A stretch of 64,000 nt of DNA, taken from assembly GCA_963836755.1 (NCBI GenBank), contig CAWIKF010000001.1, positions 448,001 to 512,000 on the forward strand, read 5' to 3'. The notes beneath the pieces are model-generated. The model did no database searches and was not told the origin of the DNA. It worked only from the letters and a program-made list of their open reading frames with translations. This DNA is from an uncultured Verrucomicrobiae bacterium. GTDB lineage: Bacteria > Verrucomicrobiota > Verrucomicrobiia > Chthoniobacterales > Chthoniobacteraceae. Both the position numbers and the translations under genes were made by a program. This document shows positions 56,271 through 64,000 of the stretch, piece after piece (the stretch's first letter is position 1; each line of letters opens with the position of its first letter).

Positions 56271-57467
56271 TCAGCTGCTCGGAATTTCCACCGCGACGAT
56301 GCCCGGGGCTTCGGGCATCTCGATGCGCCGTCGCGCGATCGATCGTTCCCAGATGTATCGCTTTAGTAAAACCTTAAGCGTCGCTGTGAGCGGCACCGCG
56401 AGCAGCGCTCCGAGCAAGCCGCCGACGACCAGGCTCCATGCGAACACGGAAACGATGATCGTCATTGGATGGAGACCGACGGCGTCGCCGACGATTTTTG
56501 GCGCGATGAACCAGCCATCGACCTGCACCATCACGATGAAAATCACTGTGACGATCAGCGGATGCTGCCAGTCGCCAAACTGCGCCACGGCGATCAGCAC
56601 TGCGGGAACCCAGCAGAGCAAAATGCCGAGGTAGGGGACGAGCTGCAGGATCATCACGAGCAGGCCGATCAGCAGCGCGAATTTCAATCCCACGATCAGC
56701 AGCGCGATTCCTATGAGCGAGCCGTCGATGATCGTCACCAAAATTTGCCCGCGAAAAAACGCGATGAGGTAACGGTTGATCTCCGTCAGGCACGAGACGA
56801 CCTCGTCTTTGAAATCCGACGTCCGAAGCGGCAGATAGTCGCTCCATCGCCGCGAAATCGTCCCGGCATCGCGTAGGAAAAAAAACAAATAGATGGGCAC
56901 GACTAGAAGCCCGAGCAGGAAGCCGAAGACGCCGAGAAAGCCTTCCACGCTGCCAACGAGAAAGGTCCAGACTTTGTCAGGCAGCGTCGGCAATTGCTTT
57001 TGCGACCAAGTCACGACCTCCTGGATCGCCTGCTGGATGTAAGGATTTGCCGAATACTTCGCCTGGTATTTGTCGGCGAAAGCGCTGACGTGCTTCTGGC
57101 CGCTATCCACGAGGTTCGGGATCTGCGCGCCGAAGTCGACGCTTTGATGATAAATCTGCGGGACGACCCAAATTAAAATCCCAACAAGCGGCAGCAAACC
57201 CATCACAAAAACGTAGAGGACCGCTTTTGTGCGCGACGCGCCGAGGCCGACAAAACGCTCGACGACAGGATCGAGCAGATATGCAAAAATCGCCGCGACT
57301 GCGACCGGAATGAGCAGCGGCTGCATCCAGGAAAGGCCAGCCGTCAACGCCACGATCACGATGAACGCGAGCTTTGCCAGCCACCACAACGCGAGCGCGG
57401 TGATCGCCGCCCACAGCATCCGCTGCTGCCACGGCGTCGGAGGTCTAAACCAGGTTGGCCATTTCAC
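56271..57467 (-). CDS. AI-2E family transporter
   Basis: [44 protein letters not shown] start overlaps the icd stop. Confidence 0.93.
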   Translation of the reverse strand: MKWPTWFRPPTPWQQRMLWAAITALALWWLAKLAFIVIVALTAGLSWMQPLLIPVAVAAIFAYLLDPVVERFVGLGASRTKAVLYVFVMGLLPLVGILIWVVPQIYHQSVDFGAQIPNLVDSGQKHVSAFADKYQAKYSANPYIQQAIQEVVTWSQKQLPTLPDKVWTFLVGSVEGFLGVFGFLLGLLVVPIYLFFFLRDAGTISRRWSDYLPLRTSDFKDEVVSCLTEINRYLIAFFRGQILVTIIDGSLIGIALLIVGLKFALLIGLLVMILQLVPYLGILLCWVPAVLIAVAQFGDWQHPLIVTVIFIVMVQVDGWFIAPKIVGDAVGLHPMTIIVSVFAWSLVVGGLLGALLAVPLTATLKVLLKRYIWERSIARRRIEMPEAPGIVAVEIPSS

Positions 57468-58783
57468 ATGTATTGAATGATGTTTTCGCCAAACTCGGAG
57501 CACTTTATTTCCGTCGCGCCTTCCATTTGGCGGGCGAAATCATAGGTCACGCGTTTACTGGCGATCGCACCATTGAGGCCTTTCAAAATCAAATCCGCCG
57601 CTTCGATCCAGCCCATGTAGCGGAACATCATTTCGCCGCTGAGCACGACAGAGCCAGGGTTGACGACATCCTTGCCCGCATACTTCGGCGCCGTGCCGTG
57701 CGTGGCTTCAAAAATAGCGTGGCCGCTGATGTAATTGATGTTGCCGCCGGGCGCGATGCCGATGCCGCCGACTTGCGCGGCGAGCGCGTCGCTGAGATAA
57801 TCACCGTTCAAATTTAAAGTCGCGATGACGTCAAAGTCGCCTGGCCTTGTGAGCACTTGCTGGAGGGTGATGTCGGCGATCGCGTCCTTGATCACGATGC
57901 CCGCGCCATCACGTCCTTCCGGGATTTTGCACCACGGGCCGCCGTCGATTTCGACAGCGCCGAACGCATCCTTCGCGAGCTCGTAGCCCCAGTCGCGAAA
58001 CGCGCCCTCGGTGAATTTCATGATGTTGCCCTTGTGCACGATCGTGACGCTTTTCCGCTTGTTTTTGATCGCGTATTCAATCGCCGCGTAGATGAGCCGC
58101 TGAGTGCCCATTTTGCTGACGGCTTTGATTCCGATGCCGACCTCGACCGGCAAAGTTTCCGATCCAGATGGCATCGCTGCGGCTGCAAACTCCGTCGTTT
58201 TTTCCGATGTGCCGAAACGAACTTTGGTAAAATCTTTTGGAAATTCCGCGGCGAGAATTTCGAGAATGCGATTTGCCTCGGGGCTGCCGGCTTTGTAATC
58301 GATGCCGGCGTAAATGTCCTCCGTGTTTTCGCGGAAAATCGTCATGTCCACCTTTTCCGGATGTTTTACCGGCGACGGCACTCCGTTAAAATACTGCACG
58401 GGGCGCAGGCAGACGTAAAGATCGAGCATTTGCCGCAGCGCAACGTTGAGCGAGCGGATGCCGCCGCCGACCGGCGTGGTCAGCGGGCCTTTGATTCCGA
58501 CAAGATATTCTTTGAAGGCTTCGACCGTGTCGTCCGGCAGCCAATTGTCGAATTTGTTCTTCGCCGACTCGCCCGCGAAAACTTCAAACCACGCGATTTT
58601 TCGCGCGCCGCCGTAAGCTTTTTCCACCGCCGCATCGAACACGCGCTCGCTCGCCGCCCAAATGTCCGGTCCGGTGCCGTCGCCGCGGATGAATGGGATG
58701 ATCGGGTTTGCCGGCACGTCGAGTTGTCCGTGGCTGATGGAAATGCGCCCGCCGGCGGGCGGCGTGATGTCTTGATAGGCCAT
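57464..58783 (-). CDS. icd: NADP-dependent isocitrate dehydrogenase
   Basis: [61 protein letters not shown]. Confidence 0.98.
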   Translation of the reverse strand: MAYQDITPPAGGRISISHGQLDVPANPIIPFIRGDGTGPDIWAASERVFDAAVEKAYGGARKIAWFEVFAGESAKNKFDNWLPDDTVEAFKEYLVGIKGPLTTPVGGGIRSLNVALRQMLDLYVCLRPVQYFNGVPSPVKHPEKVDMTIFRENTEDIYAGIDYKAGSPEANRILEILAAEFPKDFTKVRFGTSEKTTEFAAAAMPSGSETLPVEVGIGIKAVSKMGTQRLIYAAIEYAIKNKRKSVTIVHKGNIMKFTEGAFRDWGYELAKDAFGAVEIDGGPWCKIPEGRDGAGIVIKDAIADITLQQVLTRPGDFDVIATLNLNGDYLSDALAAQVGGIGIAPGGNINYISGHAIFEATHGTAPKYAGKDVVNPGSVVLSGEMMFRYMGWIEAADLILKGLNGAIASKRVTYDFARQMEGATEIKCSEFGENIIQYM

Positions 58784-58890
58784 AAGTGGGCGGCGATTAG
58801 AGCAAAATGAAAAGGCGCGGTCTAATGCTTTCGCGAACGCCGCACGTTTGCGCTTGACGAAGTTTCAGCTTTAGAAAAACCATAGGTTTC

Positions 58891-59793
58891 ATGGAAAACA
58901 CAGCAGCTGTTTTGCGGAAAATTTCATCGCCGTTTTTGCTTTGCGCGTTGCTCGCGATCATCGGCAGCGCAGCCGCGCGCGCGGAGGATTTGCCGCAGAG
59001 CATTCGAATTTTGCGGCACGGCGGACCGCTCGACATCACGATCCGCGCGGACAATGGCGACGACATTTCGCTTTATCTCGAGCGCGCTTACACGACGCAG
59101 GCGCTTGGGAAAATGTTGACGACCGACCAGATCGACACGCTCAACCTTTTGCGCGCCGAAGCGCCAGAAAAGTTCGCAATCATCGAGACACTTTTCCCGC
59201 AGCAGACGGCCGAGTTTTTATTGCGCACGACAGTTCCCGCGCCGCTGCCGGCTGAAAATTCCTCGTCGCCGCTGATGCTGCAAATCTCCGGGAACCGTGA
59301 CGCAGAGCCAGTTGCAGGCAGTTTCACCAAAGCGGAAAAGCCGGCGGCTTCCGTGAATTCGGATTTCGGCTCGCGAGAAAAAATGAGCACATTTCTCGCG
59401 CTGCAAAATCAATACAGCCCTTACAGACAACCGGGATTTGCACTTGCCGGCGACACGCTTGTCATTGGCGGCAAAGTTGTGACCGATCGGCTGAATGAGG
59501 TCGCCTCGGCGGCGCGTGTTTCCGCAGAGCAATATGCGTATGAACGTTACAACGCACTTTGCCGCGCGCTGATGCGTTGGCGCGAAGGGCAGGTGACCGG
59601 CAACGCATATGCGGGCACGATCCACGCATTTCTGCGCGATCGCCGTCTCGCGAGTTTTACGCCGGAGGAAGTCAGCCGCGCGTATCAACGTGTCTTCGGC
59701 CGCGATCTAAAGATCGATATCGAGGCTGATCGCGAAGCAGAAAAAGCGGGCCATCGGCTCACTTATAACGAGCTCGAAAATCGGCAGCACTGA
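58891..59793 (+). CDS. Hypothetical exported protein
   Basis: 300-aa ORF filling the gap, with a signal peptide ending AAARA|ED. Confidence 0.7.
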   Translation: MENTAAVLRKISSPFLLCALLAIIGSAAARAEDLPQSIRILRHGGPLDITIRADNGDDISLYLERAYTTQALGKMLTTDQIDTLNLLRAEAPEKFAIIETLFPQQTAEFLLRTTVPAPLPAENSSSPLMLQISGNRDAEPVAGSFTKAEKPAASVNSDFGSREKMSTFLALQNQYSPYRQPGFALAGDTLVIGGKVVTDRLNEVASAARVSAEQYAYERYNALCRALMRWREGQVTGNAYAGTIHAFLRDRRLASFTPEEVSRAYQRVFGRDLKIDIEADREAEKAGHRLTYNELENRQH

Positions 59794-59814
59794 GCCCGCC
59801 GCTCGCGTGCGAAA

Positions 59815-61662
59815 TTACAGACCGGCCCGCGCCTCGATGCTCGCGCGGCCTTCGACGATGACGTCTTTGTAACTGCCGCCGCTGGGGATCATCGGCAGCA
59901 CGTGCTCCGTGTAAGGCACCATCACGTCGAGCACATAAGTCTCGTCCGCGTCGAGCATCCGCTGCATCGCCGCGCGCAGATCGCGCTTGTGTAACACGCG
60001 TTCACACGGCACGCCGAAGCCCGCGCACATTTTCACGTAATCGGGATAAATCCCGGCGGGATCGTCGAGGCTGCCCTCGTAAGTTTTTTTCGGATTGCCG
60101 AGAAAAGTATGACCGCGATTGCTTTGATAAAAGCGGTCTTCCCACTGCACGACCATGCCGAGGTATTGATTGTTTAAAATCATCACCTTCGCAGCGATGC
60201 CCTCGATGTGCGCGGTCGCCAGCTCTTGAACGTTCATCAAAAACGAGCCGTCGCCGTCAATGTCCACCACCTGTTTGTCCGGCCGCGCGACTTTTGCGCC
60301 AATGGCCGCCGGATAACCGAATCCCATTGAGCCGAGTCCAGCCGAAGTCAAAAATGTGCGCGGCTCCGTAAAGTCGTAATGCTGCCCGGCCCACATTTGA
60401 TGCTGGCCCACGCCGGTCGTGATGATCGCTTCGCCCTTCGTCATCTGGTGCAGCAGATGGATCGCGTATTGCGGCTGGATCACGTCGTCGGTGTCCTTGA
60501 AAGCAAACGGAAACTCCGCGCGCCACGCGTCAATCTTTTCATACCAAGCTTTGAACTGCGTAAAATTTTGTTTCACGCGCTTGCGGCCGGCTTTTTCGAG
60601 AAGTTCATTGAGCCGCGCGAGCGCGTATTTCACGTCGCTCAAGATCGGCAGGCGCACGATTTTGTTTTTGTTGATCTCAGAGTTGTCGATGTCGATGTGC
60701 ACGATCGTGCCGTGCTCGGCGAACTTCTCGATTTTCCCCGTCACGCGATCGTCAAAACGGACGCCGATCGCGAGCAGCAGGTCCGCTTCGTTGACCGCGT
60801 TGTTCGCGTAAACGGTGCCGTGCATTCCGAGCCATTTCAGCGACAGCGGATGCGTCTCGGGAAAACAGCCGATGCCCATGAGCGTAGTCGCCACGGGGAT
60901 TTGCGTCCGCTCGACAAATTCCAAAAGCTCCGGTGCAGCGTTGCCGGAAATGATTCCGCCGCCGCAATAAATCATCGGATTTTTGTGCGACTCGATCAGT
61001 CCCATCAACTCATTCAGCGCGACGTCGTCGGCGTGCTTCACCGGTTCGTAACCACGCAGATGCACCTCGCGCGGAAAAATCGGCTGCGTCTTTGCCTGCT
61101 GGATATTTTTCGGGATGTCGATGAGCACCGGGCCCGGCCGGCCGCTTTGCGCGATGTAAAACGCTTCTTTAACAACCCGTGGGATGTCGTTGATGTCCAT
61201 CACGAGGTAGTTGTGTTTTACAACCGGCAACGTCATGCCGAACACGTCCGTTTCCTGGAAAGCGCCTTTGCCGATCATGCTTTGCGGCACCTGGCCGGTA
61301 ATCGCGACCAGCGGCACCGAGTCCAGAAATGCATCGGCGATGCCGGTGACGAGATTCGTCGCGCCCGGTCCGCTCGTGGCCATGCAAACGCCCGCGCGGC
61401 CGGTCGCGCGCGCGTAACCTTCGGCCGCGAACACGCCGCCCTGCTCGTGCCGCGGCAAAATCGTGCGGATTTTTTTCGACTTCGTCAGCGCCTGGTGCAT
61501 GTGCATCGACGCCCCGCCGGGATAGGCAAAAATCGTGTCCACTCCTTCACGCTCGAGACAGGCGACGAGGATTTCCGCGCCGTTCATTACGCTCCCGCGC
61601 TCGGCCGTGGCTGCGCGTTTGTTGGTGGAAATTTTGGTGCGGGGTTGTGCTTTCTTGCTCAT
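59815..61662 (-). CDS. ilvB: Acetolactate synthase large subunit
   Basis: [40 protein letters not shown] (ThDP motif); start placed at MSKKAQP. Confidence 0.97.
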   Translation of the reverse strand: MSKKAQPRTKISTNKRAATAERGSVMNGAEILVACLEREGVDTIFAYPGGASMHMHQALTKSKKIRTILPRHEQGGVFAAEGYARATGRAGVCMATSGPGATNLVTGIADAFLDSVPLVAITGQVPQSMIGKGAFQETDVFGMTLPVVKHNYLVMDINDIPRVVKEAFYIAQSGRPGPVLIDIPKNIQQAKTQPIFPREVHLRGYEPVKHADDVALNELMGLIESHKNPMIYCGGGIISGNAAPELLEFVERTQIPVATTLMGIGCFPETHPLSLKWLGMHGTVYANNAVNEADLLLAIGVRFDDRVTGKIEKFAEHGTIVHIDIDNSEINKNKIVRLPILSDVKYALARLNELLEKAGRKRVKQNFTQFKAWYEKIDAWRAEFPFAFKDTDDVIQPQYAIHLLHQMTKGEAIITTGVGQHQMWAGQHYDFTEPRTFLTSAGLGSMGFGYPAAIGAKVARPDKQVVDIDGDGSFLMNVQELATAHIEGIAAKVMILNNQYLGMVVQWEDRFYQSNRGHTFLGNPKKTYEGSLDDPAGIYPDYVKMCAGFGVPCERVLHKRDLRAAMQRMLDADETYVLDVMVPYTEHVLPMIPSGGSYKDVIVEGRASIEARAGL

Positions 61663-61768
61663 GGAAAAGGCGCTGATCTTAATGGCAACTTTGACGCGAA
61701 GCAAGCCGGACGCGGATCGAAGGCTGGTTTGCGCGTCGCGCGCCGCCGTGTAATCTCGCTGCCCCACT

Positions 61769-62440
61769 GTGTCGGAAAAAACTCCGCTCTTCATCGGTTT
61801 GCGAGCCGCGCGCGTGAATCTCGCGCCGGGTTTGATCATCCAAACGGTGATGGCCGCGATCGTGATCGCGTTTTATTTTTTCCCACCCGCGCGCGCGTGG
61901 CTGGAGGAGCTGGCGGTCGCGAAGCGGGATGGCGGCTACATCTTCACGGTTTGCGCCACGGTTTTCGCCGGCGCGATTCTGCCGGAATTTTTAAAAGTGC
62001 TGACGTTCCAAGCCGGCAAAGTTTGCCGCGAAAATTTCCGCGAAATGCTTTTCCTCGCGATCTTCTGGGGATGCGACGGCATCATCGTCGATCTGTTTTA
62101 CCAGCTGCAGGCCGGCTGGTTCGGCGCGCAAGTCGATGTGCCGACGGTTCTGAAAAAAGTGCTCGTCGATCAGTTTCTTTTCAACCCGATTTACGCCGCG
62201 CCGGTCGGCCTTTTTTTTTACGAATGGAAAAATCAGCGCTACGCGACACGCGGCCTTTCGCGCGCGTGGACGTGGACTTTTTATAAAAACAAAACGATCC
62301 CCGCGCTTTTCGCGACATGGGTCGTCTGGATTCCGGTGACTGCCGCGATCTACGCGCTGCCGCCGCTTTTGCAGATTCCGATTTTTGCGCTCGCGCTCAC
62401 TTTTTGGGTGCTGATGTTTGGCTTTATCACTAAACAGTGA
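61769..62440 (+). CDS. Mpv17/PMP22-like membrane protein
   Basis: [12 protein letters not shown] and WVVWIP...P..Q...W pattern with several TMs. Confidence 0.7.
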   Translation: MSEKTPLFIGLRAARVNLAPGLIIQTVMAAIVIAFYFFPPARAWLEELAVAKRDGGYIFTVCATVFAGAILPEFLKVLTFQAGKVCRENFREMLFLAIFWGCDGIIVDLFYQLQAGWFGAQVDVPTVLKKVLVDQFLFNPIYAAPVGLFFYEWKNQRYATRGLSRAWTWTFYKNKTIPALFATWVVWIPVTAAIYALPPLLQIPIFALALTFWVLMFGFITKQ

Positions 62441-62461
62441 TCGCTCAATGACTCGCACAAA

Positions 62462-62974
62462 GTGACTGCCAACGAAATCATCGCACGCATGCCCGCCGAC
62501 GCCGCAGGGGATCTTTTGGGATTCGTGCTGGAAAAAGAAAAACCGCTTTACAAGGCGACGATCGAAACGCTCGCGAAGCAGCGCAAACTGCGGCCAATTT
62601 TTGTCGAGCGCAAGCCGCGCGCCGAGCGTCACGCGTGGCTGAAGGAAGCGCTCGGGCGCAAGCAAAACGAGGGTGTCGCCGCGCATCTGCTCCAGATCTG
62701 GCTCGTCGGCCAGCACGCAAAATTACTCAGCGATTTTCTCGATGGCCTCGGCATCAAGCACGATGAAAATGGAACGGCCGAGGAATTGCCGCCATCGCCC
62801 GCGCGTCAAAAACTTTTGCCGGTGATCGACCAGCTTTTGCAAAAGCACGACGCGCAAACGGTGCGGATTTATCTGCACACTTTTCGTGCACTCGATGAGC
62901 AGAACTGGACGGCGCTCGCTGAAATCGTCGATACCGATCCGCGGCTGCAATTCGCGGAGCCAGCAGCTGTTTAA
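62462..62974 (+). CDS. Hypothetical protein
   Basis: 170-aa helical ORF (FLDGLGIKHDENG) co-directional with the previous gene. Confidence 0.75.
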   Translation: MTANEIIARMPADAAGDLLGFVLEKEKPLYKATIETLAKQRKLRPIFVERKPRAERHAWLKEALGRKQNEGVAAHLLQIWLVGQHAKLLSDFLDGLGIKHDENGTAEELPPSPARQKLLPVIDQLLQKHDAQTVRIYLHTFRALDEQNWTALAEIVDTDPRLQFAEPAAV

Positions 62975-63921
62975 ATAACCAGCGGTTCGCCTCTTTGCGG
63001 AACGCGCAGCTCCGGCGTGCCGTCGAGCCGTTTCGAAAGATCGATGGGATCGCCGAGACCGACTTCCCGCGGATCGACCTGATACGCCCAGACTTTGAAA
63101 TAAACGAGCTGCGCGCCGCCGTAAATGGTCGCGAACGCGCCATCCACCGCGTCCAGTCCGCACGCGATTTTGACGCGACCGATGCGCGGGACATTAAAAC
63201 GCGCATCAAAAGTGTGCCAGCGATGGCCGACGTAAACTTGAAAATACGCGTGAAAATCCATGGGCGAACCGGGATCGCGAAACGCGACGTCGGGCACGTA
63301 GCCGGTCACGTAGCGCGCCGGAATGTTAAACGTCCGGCAAAGCGCGATCGCCGCATGCGCGAAATCGCGGCAGACGCCGAAACGCTGCGCGATCGTTTCC
63401 GACGCCGAGCGGCACGGATCGCCCGAGCCGAAACGGTATTCCACATTTTTATGCACCCAATCGCAAATCGCCTGCACGCGCCGCAGGCCATGCGGGACGT
63501 GGCCAAAGTTCTGAAAAGCAAAATCGAGCAGCTTGTCGGAATCGCAATATCGGCTCGGAAGCGTGTAGCGAAGCAGGTTTGCGGACAATTGCTCCACCGG
63601 CACCGGCTCATCGATCATGCAATGATCTTCGCGCACCGACGGCACCGAAACGAAAGCATCGTGCCGGATCGTAGTGCGACCGATCGGCAGATTTACGCGA
63701 TGCACGATGTTGCCGTTTTGGTCCTCGTATTCGAGCGAGGAAAGTTTCGGATCAAAAATCAGCTGCTCTTTGTCGATGTATTGCCACGTGTCGAGACGCG
63801 GTTTGATCAGCAAAAAAATCGGCGTCACCGCGCTCGCCTGATACGTGAATTCCAGCCCGCAGCGGATCGTGAGATCGAGTTCGACCTCGTCCGGCCTGAA
63901 TGGAGAATTTGCGTGAATCAT
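62971..63921 (-). CDS. Transglutaminase-like family protein
   Basis: PSRYCDSD, GVCRDFAH, PARYVTGY, DFHAY, FDAR (Cys-His-Asp triad). Confidence 0.93.
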   Translation of the reverse strand: MIHANSPFRPDEVELDLTIRCGLEFTYQASAVTPIFLLIKPRLDTWQYIDKEQLIFDPKLSSLEYEDQNGNIVHRVNLPIGRTTIRHDAFVSVPSVREDHCMIDEPVPVEQLSANLLRYTLPSRYCDSDKLLDFAFQNFGHVPHGLRRVQAICDWVHKNVEYRFGSGDPCRSASETIAQRFGVCRDFAHAAIALCRTFNIPARYVTGYVPDVAFRDPGSPMDFHAYFQVYVGHRWHTFDARFNVPRIGRVKIACGLDAVDGAFATIYGGAQLVYFKVWAYQVDPREVGLGDPIDLSKRLDGTPELRVPQRGEPLVI

Positions 63922-64000
63922 GATCCCAGCCGCTGGAAAAAATCCACGAAGAGCGGCGCGTATAACGAATCGCGCTCGGGATGATATTGGACGCCTAAAC

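Noticed and set aside
60379..62286. 635-aa plus-strand ORF (also 57857-58810, 62995-63984, 53322-54476, 1673-2877, 6292-7404)
   Set aside because: Antisense shadows of well-supported genes in GC-rich DNA; no motifs.

Overview
Bacterial chromosomal window; gene content and style suggest PVC group, probably Verrucomicrobia (inference). It has three blocks. (1) 1-11.7 kb: a split type II secretion system. gspE-gspD are on the minus strand; a lipoprotein, pseudopilins H/I/J/K, L-, M- and C-like genes on plus; gspF, an unknown secreted protein and gspG on minus. (2) 11.9-52.7 kb, head-to-head with the T2SS: a large surface-glycan locus. It holds a DGKE-repeat secreted protein, an outer-membrane beta-barrel, a short OPX/Wza, Wzc, two O-antigen ligase/Wzy-like proteins, a GbsR/MarR regulator plus a NusG paralog, Wzm/Wzt, 17 glycosyltransferases, 5 methyltransferases, a WcaJ-type priming transferase, and a 1651-aa secreted GH-A-like protein ending in a triplicated unassigned domain. 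No Wzx flippase or nucleotide-sugar synthesis genes were seen. (3) 52.8-64 kb: a PAS kinase/NarL-type regulator pair, then AI-2E transporter, icd, ilvB, an Mpv17/PMP22-like protein and a transglutaminase-like protein. The most notable unannotated signals are a candidate attenuator with a Cys-rich leader ORF before the antiterminator operon, a probable ATC start codon in the T2SS cluster, and the hybrid ABC + Wzc/OPX + dual-ligase architecture beside the T2SS. No rRNA, tRNA, CRISPR or IS element was recognised. All assignments are by motif reading only; no database searches were run.
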